A stretch of 64,000 nt of DNA from Candidatus Moranbacteria bacterium GW2011_GWC2_40_12 (GTDB taxonomy: Bacteria > Patescibacteriota > Minisyncoccia > Moranbacterales > UBA11712), in assembly GCA_000995965.1 (NCBI GenBank), contig LBYD01000001.1, positions 362,848-426,847 of the forward strand, written 5' to 3'. Positions within the stretch are counted from its first letter, which is position 1, and each line of letters begins with the position of its first letter. Of the stretch, positions 21,340 through 31,276 are shown one piece after another. Below the pieces are notes generated by a model, which was given only the letters and a program-made list of their open reading frames with translations, was not told where the DNA came from and did not search any database. The translations under genes and the position numbers were made by a program.

Positions 21340-21756
21340 TTAGCTTTGGGAATTTCCCCTTATGCCGTTTCCTGATTTCAGATATTTTCCCCCGCCCGGG
21401 CAATTATGATCCCCATCTCTTGTTTGATTTCGATTTTGCCCTCTCAACCCGAGCTCCTCGCGAATCTGGTTGGCTTCGTCATATTTCCCATCGAGCATCA
21501 AGCGGTGCATTTCGGAAAACTTCGCGAAATTTCCCTCGTTGATGGCCTCAGTCACCCGGCCTCGCCCGTTCATGAGGCTTTTCCAGGCGTTGTAGTCATT
21601 ATTTTCAAACGCTTTTTGCATCGCTTCGTGCCTCTCGACGGAAAAATTCGGTCCTTTTTGCGCTGGGTCGCCCTGATAGGCATAGGCCGCGTAAGCTACT
21701 CCGGCAGCCGAAACCAAGGCAATTACCCCGATCGGAATCATAATCTTTTTGCTCAT
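21340..21756 (-). CDS. Secreted hypothetical protein, probable ECF target
   Basis: Signal peptide ending AYA; downstream of ECF pair; terminator at 21267-21308. Confidence 0.8.
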   Translation of the reverse strand: MSKKIMIPIGVIALVSAAGVAYAAYAYQGDPAQKGPNFSVERHEAMQKAFENNDYNAWKSLMNGRGRVTEAINEGNFAKFSEMHRLMLDGKYDEANQIREELGLRGQNRNQTRDGDHNCPGGGKYLKSGNGIRGNSQS

Positions 21757-21834
21757 TTTTTTTCCTTAAATTTTAAGACATTTTCGATATTCAGTTTTGA
21801 ACTAAAAAGGAAGCTGGCCAGCTTCCTTTTTTAC

Positions 21835-21860
21835 TACGCTCTTTTCCAATTCATCTTTCA
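21835..21860 (-). promoter_or_regulatory. Putative ECF (SigW-like) promoter
   Basis: TGAAAG-N16-CGTA versus SigW consensus TGAAAC-N16-CGTA. Confidence 0.45.
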
Positions 21861-21862
21861 TC

Positions 21863-22567
21863 CTATTTTCCGGCCCATGGTCGGATCTCCCGCGCCCGAA
21901 ACCTTTTCTCGGTTCTTTTCTCTCCAATAAGCTTGACTTCCTCGTTTTCAATGATCAATACCGGGCCTCTGATCAAGGTCTCGTTGTTTTTTTCGATTTG
22001 CCAGATGATTCCTCCAAAATCCTCAATGTCAAATTCGTCTTCTTTTCTGATGTTCAAAATCCTTCCCCCCAAGAGCCCTTTTTCCGGCTGGGTCCAGATA
22101 TCCTTCCGATTGCAGCAGCAATGGACATTTTGATAAAGGGGAATATTTTGAGAAAATATCCGGTCAATTTTCCTGCCCATGCCGAGCGAGTGAAAAACCG
22201 AGCCCAAAACAACGCTTCCGACAACACTCAAACCCAAGACGACAAACGTTCCGCTCCTGTATCCGCTTTTTGTGTGTTTATAATTGTATAAAGCCAGTCC
22301 GAGAAAAAGGAGAATTGCAAAAATCCAGATATACGGAAGGGAAAGGAGAATATGTTTTGCGGGACTCAAGCTCAAATAGCGATAGATGTCCCAGTCATTG
22401 TCCAGGATGATCGAGAGAGCCACGCAAAAAGCCAACGCCCCGACAATCAACGAGACGGCAAAAGCCAACCATACAAAATAATCCTTGAGAAGAAAATGCC
22501 ATTTAGGCTTCGGCTCGATTTTCTCCTCTTTGATTTTGCACAGCACTTTGTCGCAAAACTTGCTCAT
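21863..22567 (-). CDS. Membrane protein, putative anti-sigma factor (start revised to MSKF)
   Basis: Three TM helices; directly after ECF sigma. Confidence 0.7.
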   Translation of the reverse strand: MSKFCDKVLCKIKEEKIEPKPKWHFLLKDYFVWLAFAVSLIVGALAFCVALSIILDNDWDIYRYLSLSPAKHILLSLPYIWIFAILLFLGLALYNYKHTKSGYRSGTFVVLGLSVVGSVVLGSVFHSLGMGRKIDRIFSQNIPLYQNVHCCCNRKDIWTQPEKGLLGGRILNIRKEDEFDIEDFGGIIWQIEKNNETLIRGPVLIIENEEVKLIGEKRTEKRFRAREIRPWAGK

Positions 22568-22626
22568 AATATTTTTCCTAAAGCTCAACCTCAGAAAATA
22601 ATAAAGTTGGGCTTTTGGATATAAAT

Positions 22627-23211
22627 TCAAAACTTTATATTCTTTTCCTCGACAATTTTCGCAAATTGCTTTTTGGCCCGGTTGATGAGCGTGGCCACCG
22701 TTCCAAGAGGTTTTTCCAAAATGTCCGAAATTTCCTTGTAGTCTTTGCCTTCCAGAAATTTTAGGACCAGCACCTCTTTGTATTTTTTATCGAGATTTTC
22801 AAGCATTTTCCGCACTTCCTCGCCTGAAAACTTCCTTTCCGTGTCACGCGCCAAATTCTCGTCAGTCGCGATAAACTTCAAAAAATCTTCGTCAGCTTCA
22901 AACTTTAGTACCTGCGGGCGGACCTTAGTCTTTCGCCAGTGGCTGATCACTTGGTTGTGGGCAATCCGGTATATCCAGGAGGAAAACTTCAGATCCGGGT
23001 CGAAATCATTGAGATTGCGGTATACTTTCACGAAAATCTCCTGCAAAAGGTCTTCCGCGTCTTCCTGCGTAGCGGCTGAAATGCGCCGAACATACCGCAT
23101 CAGTTTCGGCTCGTATTTTTCCACAAGACATGCAAAAAAATCCTGGTCTTTGAGAGCCAAGGCGACCAATTCTTCGTCGGTTTTTTCACTGCAGTTATTT
23201 TTATCTAGCAT
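22627..23211 (-). CDS. ECF sigma-70 factor
   Basis: DAEDLLQEIF, FSSWIYRIAHN, YKEISDILEKPLGTV. Confidence 0.93.
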   Translation of the reverse strand: MLDKNNCSEKTDEELVALALKDQDFFACLVEKYEPKLMRYVRRISAATQEDAEDLLQEIFVKVYRNLNDFDPDLKFSSWIYRIAHNQVISHWRKTKVRPQVLKFEADEDFLKFIATDENLARDTERKFSGEEVRKMLENLDKKYKEVLVLKFLEGKDYKEISDILEKPLGTVATLINRAKKQFAKIVEEKNIKF

Positions 23212-23273
23212 TGATAATATAAAACTATTCGGTATTGCCGAGTTTAAACCGTCTCATTATAAGAAAAGAATGC

Positions 23274-25334
23274 CTATAGATCAAGCTCCCCCGTTTTTTC
23301 CCAATTCCGCTCGTCCAAGACGACCAGGTTGTTTTCCCCGATCACATACAAAAAATCATTGATATACAGCGCCCTTTTCACCGCTGTTTCAGAAACGGTT
23401 TTCGCGAGGCTCAAGCTGTCGCCGGCATAAGAGAAAATATATCCGCCTCTTGACCCCGGCAGGAAGAAAATTTCATGTTTCGCGTCGAGGAGAAAGGCAT
23501 GGTGGGTCTCTGAAACAGAGGAATAGTATTCGTCAAGGTTGTATTTCGCGATTTCCGTCGGATCAGCCGGATCTCGAACATCAAAGAGAGAAATTTTGAC
23601 CTTGCCCGCTTCCTCCCCGATTCCCAGAATCTTGTCTTTTGTGATCGGATGAAGATATGAAGAGTATCCCGGAATCTTGAGCTCTCCTTTCTTCTCCGGA
23701 TTGATTGGGTCGGAAAGATCCAGGACATAGAAAGGATCAATTTGCCTGAAAGTGACGACATATCCCTTGTCTTCAATGAACCGCACGGAATAAATTCTCT
23801 CCCCTTTTCCAAGATCAATCACCGAACCCTCTATTTTCATATTGTCCCCGAGTATATACACGTCATTCGCCGTTTCGCTCGTTCGCCCCGAGCCGAATCC
23901 CCAGCCAAAAAAGCTTTCCCCGACTGTGGTGGCCGCGCGCAAGTCCCCTTTGTATTCATCAAGCGAGAATTGGTTGAGAAGTCTTCCGGGAACAGTTCCA
24001 ATTGTGTCAATTCCGAGACTCTCTGTCTTGATTTTCACGATTCCGGTGCTGTCGAGCTCCCGCCGGTGTTTTTTCAGAAAATCAACCATTTTGTTTTCTA
24101 TTTCATTTTCCATCTTGAGGCTCTCGTCGCGCGAAAGTGAACTTCGATACCTCTCGATGAGATTCCAGACTTCCGTCGATTTCGCGGCATTTGAAATGTC
24201 ATAACTCTCGAGTTTTTCCAGTTTTTCAGTGAACCAGTCCGGGACAAGATTTTTGTTCTCGGAAAAAAACAGGTTGAGAATTTTCACCTGGTCGCCGGGA
24301 TAATAGTAGCTGACATAGAGCGAATTTTCGGACATATACACGACCGAGGAGGTATAGTCGCTCGACCCGACAAAAGAAATGTCCTTTTCAATTTCACCGG
24401 TCGCGGGATTCACGATCATGGCCGTATAAGTCGCCTCGGCCGGAACAATGGCGGTGGGGTGATAAATTTCGCTGCATCTTATCTTGAAAGGACGGCCTTT
24501 GACAACGAGCGGTTCCATAGCACAGAATTTGTTTTCATCAATGATATCAGTTTTTGTCGCGAGGTATATTTTTCCCCTATAAAGCCTCGCGCCGGCAATG
24601 GAAACGGCTTCTTTCATTTCAATGTCCCAGAGTTCTTTGGGATTTTTTGGGTCCGAAACGTCAAAGCCGTATATCTTGTTGGCATCTTTCGCCCAATAAT
24701 ATCGCTGCGTTGGGATAACAATGAGTGTCTTGCCGGCGAGAAGCAGATCCCCGCTTTTGTCTATTTTATAATCCACCGCTAAATCATTCGGAGGATATGC
24801 TTTGATAGCTTTCGTTCCGCCAGTCTGCCAAAGAGGCCAAAGCTCCCGCGATTCGTCCGATCTTCCAACTGTGTCATCCATCGGCATGATTTCTGGACGG
24901 GGAACGGAAAAAAATATTTCTTTTCCGTCGGTTTTCACCGCGTCCGGCTCGTCAATGCCCGCCACTTGGACATTCGTTTCCGAAACCCGGGCTGGCACAG
25001 GCACAGCCGCCCCGGGAGCGCCAACCCCGTCGCTGCTTTTCAGGGATTGCGTTTCCATCCATCCCGGCCCGCCGGCTCCTCCCCGGCCGCCATAAGATCC
25101 GGACGCGTTTTTTGCTTTGGTAATGTATTCCTTGAAGTCTTGGTCGGATGAAAATTTCTTGATTTCCGCAACTTTTTCCTTGTCAATCCCTGCCGGTTTG
25201 GTCCTGGCCGGCGAGATCGGCTTTTCTTTTTGGTTTTGTTGGAAAATGAAAATCAGTCCCGCAACAAGCGCGACTGCTGCTAAAACTGCCCAAATATATT
25301 TGGGATTTGCTTCACTTTTTATATTTTCCTCCAT
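23274..25334 (-). CDS. Membrane-anchored beta-propeller domain protein
   Basis: TNVQVAGIDEPDAVKTDG, LNQFSLDEY, GERIYSVRF, ELKIPGYSSYLHP. Confidence 0.85.
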   Translation of the reverse strand: MEENIKSEANPKYIWAVLAAVALVAGLIFIFQQNQKEKPISPARTKPAGIDKEKVAEIKKFSSDQDFKEYITKAKNASGSYGGRGGAGGPGWMETQSLKSSDGVGAPGAAVPVPARVSETNVQVAGIDEPDAVKTDGKEIFFSVPRPEIMPMDDTVGRSDESRELWPLWQTGGTKAIKAYPPNDLAVDYKIDKSGDLLLAGKTLIVIPTQRYYWAKDANKIYGFDVSDPKNPKELWDIEMKEAVSIAGARLYRGKIYLATKTDIIDENKFCAMEPLVVKGRPFKIRCSEIYHPTAIVPAEATYTAMIVNPATGEIEKDISFVGSSDYTSSVVYMSENSLYVSYYYPGDQVKILNLFFSENKNLVPDWFTEKLEKLESYDISNAAKSTEVWNLIERYRSSLSRDESLKMENEIENKMVDFLKKHRRELDSTGIVKIKTESLGIDTIGTVPGRLLNQFSLDEYKGDLRAATTVGESFFGWGFGSGRTSETANDVYILGDNMKIEGSVIDLGKGERIYSVRFIEDKGYVVTFRQIDPFYVLDLSDPINPEKKGELKIPGYSSYLHPITKDKILGIGEEAGKVKISLFDVRDPADPTEIAKYNLDEYYSSVSETHHAFLLDAKHEIFFLPGSRGGYIFSYAGDSLSLAKTVSETAVKRALYINDFLYVIGENNLVVLDERNWEKTGELDL

Positions 25335-25342
25335 TATTTTTT

Positions 25343-25402
25343 ACCCCGTTAAATCCCGCCGGGCGGGAATCCGCCAAAGGCGGATTATTTAACTGGGGTG
25401 AA
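25343..25402. mobile_element. MITE-like nested inverted repeat
   Basis: ACCCCGTTAAAT...ATTTAACTGGGGT termini enclosing AATCCGCCAAAGGCGGATT hairpin. Confidence 0.5.
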
Positions 25403-25468
25403 TTATTTTTTAGCGAAGCTTATTTGCCTCGTACCACAATATTTCAAAAAGAATACAAAGTTATTTCT

Positions 25469-25756
25469 TCAGCTTGTGGTGCGAGGTTTTCCCTCCCAAA
25501 TTTTTTCCGCTTCTTCTTCCATGGCATAAAGGCGGGTGTAGTAGTCTGGAAATTCGTTGAGATGGGCGAGAGCGATTTTTCCGGTCGTCAAGGGATCGTC
25601 GTTTGAAACGTTCGTGTTCGGATCAACTGTCCCGTGTTCAAGCTCAACGTCCATTCCCATTAGGAATTGTTCAACGTCAAACTTTGTCCAGTCAATCCCC
25701 AGCTGATCGCCGACAACTTTCGCCTGTTCAGCCGTGAAAACTTTTTTTGTGGACAT
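25469..25756 (-). CDS. DUF5661-like protein
   Basis: GMDVELEHG, KIALAHLNEFPDYYTRL. Confidence 0.75.
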   Translation of the reverse strand: MSTKKVFTAEQAKVVGDQLGIDWTKFDVEQFLMGMDVELEHGTVDPNTNVSNDDPLTTGKIALAHLNEFPDYYTRLYAMEEEAEKIWEGKPRTTS

Positions 25757-25772
25757 AAATGATTCTGAAAAA

Positions 25773-26141
25773 TTAGACGGCTTTTTTAAAAATATCCTCA
25801 TTTATTGCCTCCGGCCGCAGGTCGATCCTGTCTATTCCAAGCCGACTGCAAATTTTTACGATATTTTCCGCGCGCAGATCCCTTTCTTTTTCCAGCCTGG
25901 CTATCTCACTGGCATCGAGATTTTTTCCCGAGTCCTCGGGACGACCCTGATAAAATTCTATGCTGCTCCGCCGAGTGTCAATCTGTTCCTGAATCGCGTG
26001 GTATCGTCTTTTTTCTATTTCCAGCTGCTCTTCTAATTCCTGCTGATTCTTTTTTTTGATTTCTTCTTTTGAATATTCTTCATAGTATACGGATTTCTCA
26101 ACTGGAAACCCCTCGCGATATTCAAGTATTTTTGCTGTCAT
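25773..26141 (-). CDS. Hypothetical coiled-coil protein
   Basis: 122-aa ORF, charged helical composition. Confidence 0.6.
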   Translation of the reverse strand: MTAKILEYREGFPVEKSVYYEEYSKEEIKKKNQQELEEQLEIEKRRYHAIQEQIDTRRSSIEFYQGRPEDSGKNLDASEIARLEKERDLRAENIVKICSRLGIDRIDLRPEAINEDIFKKAV

Positions 26142-26261
26142 AGTAAATAATTTATAAGTCTAAAAATTACGTTTTCATTATCTCACAAAATTCCTTGCTT
26201 CGCCAGAAGAAATTTACTATGATTAGAAAAAGTCTTATATAAAGTCAATTTCTCGTGCCAA

Positions 26262-26290
26262 TTGACACGCGGGAGAAAAAGTGATATAAT
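26262..26290 (+). promoter_or_regulatory. Consensus sigma70 promoter
   Basis: TTGACA-N17-TATAAT exact. Confidence 0.8.
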
Positions 26291-26367
26291 AGACAGCTGT
26301 TTAAAAATCAGGGAGCAAAGCGGAAATCCGCTAAATTATGTTTCACAATCTTCAGGGGAGGAATGCG

Positions 26368-26751
26368 ATGTGTATTATGAACGAAGGAGTCGTAATTTTG
26401 GCCGGAGGCACTCATGGTCTCGAGCAGTTGGTTCATTACAAAAACGCTCCCGCAAAAAAAAGGAGTGGATTAAAAACCGACCCCCGACATTATATAACCG
26501 TTGATGGGCAAGAGATTCCCAATGGACTCGAGTGCCCGCCAATAATGAGACGTCCCGCGGAATATTCGCACTGCTTTTTTACCAGCGCAAGCGGGATAAG
26601 AATCCCCGCCCAGTATTTTATTGATATTGAAAAAGCCCCGGATTCCAACTGGGAAGAAAAGATGCCCAGCTGGCGGTCGCCGAACAGCGACTCGGCAAAA
26701 TACCGCCGCCGCCAGTTTCCCGGACCCTCTTCCCTCCGGAAAATGGGATAA
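26368..26751 (+). CDS. Hypothetical ORFan
   Basis: GGGGAGG SD, consensus promoter upstream, terminator near 26766-26820. Confidence 0.6.
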   Translation: MCIMNEGVVILAGGTHGLEQLVHYKNAPAKKRSGLKTDPRHYITVDGQEIPNGLECPPIMRRPAEYSHCFFTSASGIRIPAQYFIDIEKAPDSNWEEKMPSWRSPNSDSAKYRRRQFPGPSSLRKMG

Positions 26752-26959
26752 CCAGATTCACTTCCGCCGCCAGCCCGCCACAGGCTTCACAGCTTTTGGC
26801 CCCGGTCTGGCGGTTTTTTTAACTTACCAACATCGAATGTTGGTAGGAGTTGGGGGAGGCGTCAAGCGGCCGGTTTTGTGATAAAATATATCTTTATCTT
26901 TAGATGTCGGACGTCCAAGAACGTCTAAGAAATTCTGCATTTTTATTTAAGCTCATCGT

Positions 26960-27646
26960 TCACAAAAACATATTTCTAACAGCGTCAAGCCAATTTGCAA
27001 GCTCTGCTTCTTTTTGCACATATCCTCGGATGTCGACTGCCGATCCCTTGTGAACCCCCAGATGCAAATGTTTTCGCTCGCCGCTTGTTTCCGCACTGAA
27101 AGCTTTTCCCAGAATTCCGATTTCTTCCCCCTTTGCCAATGTGTCGCCGGCTTTTTTTGCAATGCTCGCCAGTTTCAGATGGCCATAGATAACCGTAATG
27201 AGCTGGTTATCCAGTTCGCAATTTTCAACCAAAATCCCTCCATATCCGGTGGCGGTTTTTTTGAGCGCGATTTTTCCATCGCAAATGGCCTGCACCGGAA
27301 CGTTGGCATTCAGCTCTTCCAAAAAAATTTCAAAATCCGTTCCAGTGTGATACCCCCGGAATTTCTCGGGCTGAACCGGGGAATTTTGGGAAGTGATATA
27401 TTGCCCGAATTTCTTTTTTGTGATGCGCTCCTCCGCCTGCTCCAGCGGCAAACCAAAAACAGGCACCGGGGTAATCGGATCTTTTTTTTCAGGGACTATC
27501 TGATTTTCGGCAATATCCTTCACTTTGACGGGCAGATTATTCACGACAACCGTTTGCTTGAGGGAAACTATGCTATAGAGGTTATAGATAATAACCGCCG
27601 CAAGCGCAGCAACCACCGCTGCAATAAAAAAAATTTTTTTGTCCAT
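26960..27646 (-). CDS. M23 family peptidase with N-terminal TM
   Basis: HTGTD, YGHL, HLHLG motifs. Confidence 0.88.
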   Translation of the reverse strand: MDKKIFFIAAVVAALAAVIIYNLYSIVSLKQTVVVNNLPVKVKDIAENQIVPEKKDPITPVPVFGLPLEQAEERITKKKFGQYITSQNSPVQPEKFRGYHTGTDFEIFLEELNANVPVQAICDGKIALKKTATGYGGILVENCELDNQLITVIYGHLKLASIAKKAGDTLAKGEEIGILGKAFSAETSGERKHLHLGVHKGSAVDIRGYVQKEAELANWLDAVRNMFL

Positions 27647-27683
27647 GTTTTTTCCAAAAAATTATTCGGGGGAATTTCAAAGC

Positions 27684-28229
27684 CTATTTTTTCTTCTTTC
27701 TGCTTTTGTCGACCAGCCAGACCACTGTATAGGCGACAGCCAGCAAAGAATAGTTGGTCAGCATGAAAATCCGCGTTCCCCAGCGCGTTCCATCGACCAT
27801 AAAGTTCGAAAGGGGCCAAAGAAAGGGCGTTGGAAAAAAAGCGAAGGAATGGGTCGGAATGTCCATGAGAATATGAAGAAACCAGCCTCCCATTTCCCAG
27901 ACCGGACGGCGAAAATACCAGGCGACCAGACTGAAAACAATGAGAAAAACAAGCAAGCTGTGGCTCGCGTCATAAAGATGATGAGTCAGGCGCAGAATGA
28001 ACGATTGCTCGCCGACGGGAGGTTCAATTTCTCCGGGACGGATCGCAAAAGGCGTTCCGCCGGCTGTAATGCGGAAATAATTGAGGTATATAAATGACAA
28101 GGCAAAGGCAAAAACATCCGGAAACAATCCCCAAGCAATAGCGAGCCAGACCCGGAGCGGCTTTTTTCTTTTCAAATTGAGAGCTCTGGCGCCCGCTCCC
28201 GCCCAAAGCCCGTGAGAAAATACGTCCAT
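27684..28229 (-). CDS. Membrane metal-dependent hydrolase (YdjM-like)
   Basis: SHG, FPD, SHS, HILMDIPTH, P.LWP. Confidence 0.7.
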   Translation of the reverse strand: MDVFSHGLWAGAGARALNLKRKKPLRVWLAIAWGLFPDVFAFALSFIYLNYFRITAGGTPFAIRPGEIEPPVGEQSFILRLTHHLYDASHSLLVFLIVFSLVAWYFRRPVWEMGGWFLHILMDIPTHSFAFFPTPFLWPLSNFMVDGTRWGTRIFMLTNYSLLAVAYTVVWLVDKSRKKKK

Positions 28230-28390
28230 AAGAAATACTCGCTAATTTGAGCGAATTAATAGCGAATCGGAACGAATCTTAATTCTAATCCAATTACTAC
28301 CCAATTTAGAATAACAAAAAATCTCATAAAAAACAGAAAGCCCTTCCCCAAGTGGTCCAGGCTTCTGGTTAGAGGCTCTGCAGTCAGAGC

Positions 28391-28636
28391 CTAGAAAGGA
28401 ACTTGCGATAGCTCGCGAACTTTGATGACCAAAGCCGGAATTTTTCGGGCGATGGAAGGAGGCAGGCTATCGATCCGAAAATGCGTCCTTCGATAATTCA
28501 GCTGCAGACAGGCCGATCCGCACTTTTCTGCCGCAACAATATCCGGCTGGGAGATTAGATCTGCCAAAATTTCTTTCACTGCTCTCGGATCTAATCCAGC
28601 CCAATCTCTTTTTCTTCCTTTTGCGTCTCTAGACAT
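28391..28636 (-). CDS. Hypothetical ORFan
   Basis: GAGGAG SD before ATG. Confidence 0.5.
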   Translation of the reverse strand: MSRDAKGRKRDWAGLDPRAVKEILADLISQPDIVAAEKCGSACLQLNYRRTHFRIDSLPPSIARKIPALVIKVRELSQVPF

Positions 28637-28794
28637 ATTTCAATTCTCCTCGCAATCTCGGATTTTTTATCTCAAAATAAGATCCTCCTCTTTTGGATCC
28701 TATCTTCATAATACGAAATTTTCGCGAAAAAAATTCCAAAAAACCGAAGAAAAGATATTCTCTCCGGCTTTCTGTTTATTTACAAAAAAGTAAT

Positions 28795-29862
28795 TTATAA
28801 TTCTTTTTTTATTTCCTGCGCTAGCATTGGATTCCACATCGCTCCCGTAGCACTCATCACCGCGTCCGCCCCGGCCTCATGGTATTTTTTGAAGTCTTCA
28901 GCGCCTGACACTCCCCCGACTCCGACAATGGCGAATTTCATCCCTAACTCATCGCGCAAATTCCGTAGCCGTCCGGTCATTTCAAGCCCCGCCCATTTGA
29001 TCGCCTGCCCGCAAACGCCGCTCACCAGCCGCCCTTCACCGGGAAGGGCCTGCTCCCCGTTTTTTTTCCGCACTGCCGAGCCGATCGTGTTGATGGCGGA
29101 AATTCCGTCGATTATGCTTCCTACGTCTGAAATTAATTTTTTCAGAGCTTCCTGGTCTTCATAATAGGCGATTTTGATGATTAGCGGAGTGTTGCCAATT
29201 TCATTTTTGATCGCTTCACTCACTCTTCGCACCATCCCAATGTCAAAGCACATAAGATGGGCCGTCCCTTCATTGGGACAGGAAAAATTCACTTCAAGAA
29301 TTTTCGCTCCCGTTTCTTTCACCAGCCGCGCGCCCAAAACAAAATCCGCCACGAAAGCATTGACATTCCCATCTCCTTTCTTCGTCCCCTGAAAACTGCC
29401 GACCACGACTTGTCCGGCACCTGCGTATTTTACCGCCTCCTCGAGGTCCTTTTGCCAAATTTCCGGATCAGTCGAAGGCACGCCGAAAGAATTTGTTATT
29501 GATAGCGGAGCCTCATAATCACCTTTCGAAATTATCCCTTTTTTTGCTTGCTCCAAAGTCAAATCACCGTCAAGATCCACTGCCACGACATTTGGAAAAG
29601 CGTTGCAGGGATAGGCACCAGTGCGAACGGTCTTGTAGACCGCGATGTCAAAGCCGCTATCAAGCGCCGCCTTCACAAAGCGACCATTCAGCAGCGGACC
29701 AGCCGGAATGCCAAAGGGCAAATATACTTTGTTTCCCAGGAAATCGTACTCGGGCTCGCCTTTGTTTTGATATTTTTCCGGATTTCGAAAGGCGCCGAAC
29801 GGTCCTTTTCCATAATTTTCTTCATACGATTTTCCCGGATCGTAAAATGGATCGCGAAGCAT
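28795..29862 (-). CDS. Dihydroorotate dehydrogenase-like FMN oxidoreductase
   Basis: PAGPLL, YKT, EVNFSCPN, INT, GVGGV. Confidence 0.8.
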   Translation of the reverse strand: MLRDPFYDPGKSYEENYGKGPFGAFRNPEKYQNKGEPEYDFLGNKVYLPFGIPAGPLLNGRFVKAALDSGFDIAVYKTVRTGAYPCNAFPNVVAVDLDGDLTLEQAKKGIISKGDYEAPLSITNSFGVPSTDPEIWQKDLEEAVKYAGAGQVVVGSFQGTKKGDGNVNAFVADFVLGARLVKETGAKILEVNFSCPNEGTAHLMCFDIGMVRRVSEAIKNEIGNTPLIIKIAYYEDQEALKKLISDVGSIIDGISAINTIGSAVRKKNGEQALPGEGRLVSGVCGQAIKWAGLEMTGRLRNLRDELGMKFAIVGVGGVSGAEDFKKYHEAGADAVMSATGAMWNPMLAQEIKKEL

Positions 29863-29895
29863 AAATTTTTGCTTTAATTTTTATTCGTCCAAGAA

Positions 29896-30468
29896 CTAGG
29901 CTTTTTGGCAAGAATATTCATAAATATATAATTCTTTTTTTTCTTTCAAACTAATGGACTTTGAGGGAACTGCATTGGGCAACTTAAAGCATAAGGAAAG
30001 TACCCGCGTATTTTTTTTGATTTCATTCCCAAATTTTTTTTCAAGACTTTCCATTTGTTTCGTGGAAAGATATAAAAAGACATGAGTCGCATCCGACAGA
30101 TCCGCCTCGAAAAAATCTTTTCTATAAACTTTTATTTCTTTCAGGAGTCCCATGCGCCACAATCGAAATTTTGCCCATAAATACGGAACAATGTCTTTTT
30201 CATACCCGATATAGCGGGCTTTGGGCTGGCAACGATAGCAAGCGACAAGGATTCTTGCGTCTCCGCACCCCAGGTCATAAAGAATGGATTTTTCATCAAG
30301 ACTCATGCGTTTGGCAATTTCCGGCAGATGCGCTGATTTTGTAGGGACAAAGGGTGCCTCTCCATGGAGAAAAGTTTCCACAAGCCCTCCTGTGAAAGAG
30401 TACAAAAAAACTACCCAGATTGCAATGAATAGAAGAATAGCCCCAAAAATAACATAAAATGTAATCAT
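29896..30468 (-). CDS. Class I SAM methyltransferase with N-terminal TM
   Basis: APFVPT, YDLGCGDAR, FLYL. Confidence 0.85.
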   Translation of the reverse strand: MITFYVIFGAILLFIAIWVVFLYSFTGGLVETFLHGEAPFVPTKSAHLPEIAKRMSLDEKSILYDLGCGDARILVACYRCQPKARYIGYEKDIVPYLWAKFRLWRMGLLKEIKVYRKDFFEADLSDATHVFLYLSTKQMESLEKKFGNEIKKNTRVLSLCFKLPNAVPSKSISLKEKKELYIYEYSCQKA

Positions 30469-30470
30469 TT

Positions 30471-30541
30471 TCGGGGCGCCGGGAATCGAACCCGGCCTAC
30501 AAGACCCCCAGCCTTGCGTACTACCAATATACTACGCCCCG
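30471..30541 (-). tRNA. tRNA-Pro(GGG), CCA not encoded
   Basis: CGGGGCG acceptor stem, CAAGG-CTGGGGG-TCTTG anticodon arm, GGTTCGATTCC T-arm. Confidence 0.93.
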
Positions 30542-30615
30542 CCAATTCGTAGCGGTTTAACCCTACGATTGCGGCATTGCAGACTTCGGACGTCTGCAAA
30601 GTCTACGAAACACAA

Positions 30616-30795
30616 TTAGTCCTGCTTTTGCTTCTCAAGTTCTCCAACCTGATCGCTAAAACGTTCGATATCTCTCGACAACTCAACCAACTGGTCACTA
30701 AGCTTTTCAGTTGTGACCGCATGATCTTTTATGTAGCCGCCAAGAACTTCTGCTTTTTTTGCCAAATCACGCGCCATATCTTTGTATGAAGCCAT
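30616..30795 (-). CDS. Small helical hypothetical protein (59 aa, absent from ORF track)
   Basis: MASYKDMARDLAKKAEVLGGYIKDHAVTTEKLSDQLVELSRDIERFSDQVGELEKQKQD. Confidence 0.6.
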   Translation of the reverse strand: MASYKDMARDLAKKAEVLGGYIKDHAVTTEKLSDQLVELSRDIERFSDQVGELEKQKQD

Positions 30796-30889
30796 ATTTT
30801 TCGCTTAATAATTATTTATTTCCCTATCCAACTTATCACAAAAAAAACAGAAGGGGAAGACGCGCTGGCCTTCCCCTCTTTCTCAAAAC

Positions 30890-31276
30890 TCACGTTGGCA
30901 GATTGCTGCCATTGATGACGATTCTTTTTGGCAATACCGGACCGAATATGCCTCCGCTTTCTTTCGCGATGCCTGGCGGTTTTCGGTCGATGAACTTTCT
31001 TCCTTTCCTTTGCTCGCAGCTTTCTTGCAAGGTACAATTGATGATTTGGCAAAATTCTTTGCCTTGAATGTTTTCGCCTCGATCTGTTTGTTTTTTTACA
31101 AACGTTTGAAGAACAAAAGCGATGGACAGATCTTTTTTGTTGCTTACGATCTGGGCTATGATGGCATTGACCGTATCAATCCCCCGAAGAACCAGAATCG
31201 CTTCGGTCAGTTCACGAATTATCCGGCATCCCTCGAAAGCCGCCATCCCGCAATAAAAATATTTATTGTCTTCCAC
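30890..31276 (-). CDS. ORFan under attenuator A (GTG start)
   Basis: AGGGAGG SD before GTG (VEDNKYF...). Confidence 0.6.
   Translation of the reverse strand: MEDNKYFYCGMAAFEGCRIIRELTEAILVLRGIDTVNAIIAQIVSNKKDLSIAFVLQTFVKKQTDRGENIQGKEFCQIINCTLQESCEQRKGRKFIDRKPPGIAKESGGIFGPVLPKRIVINGSNLPT

Noticed and set aside
28637-28790. Sixth attenuator upstream of 28391..28636
   Set aside because: The candidate uORF overlaps the putative -10 box, has no codon run, and no terminator precedes the SD.
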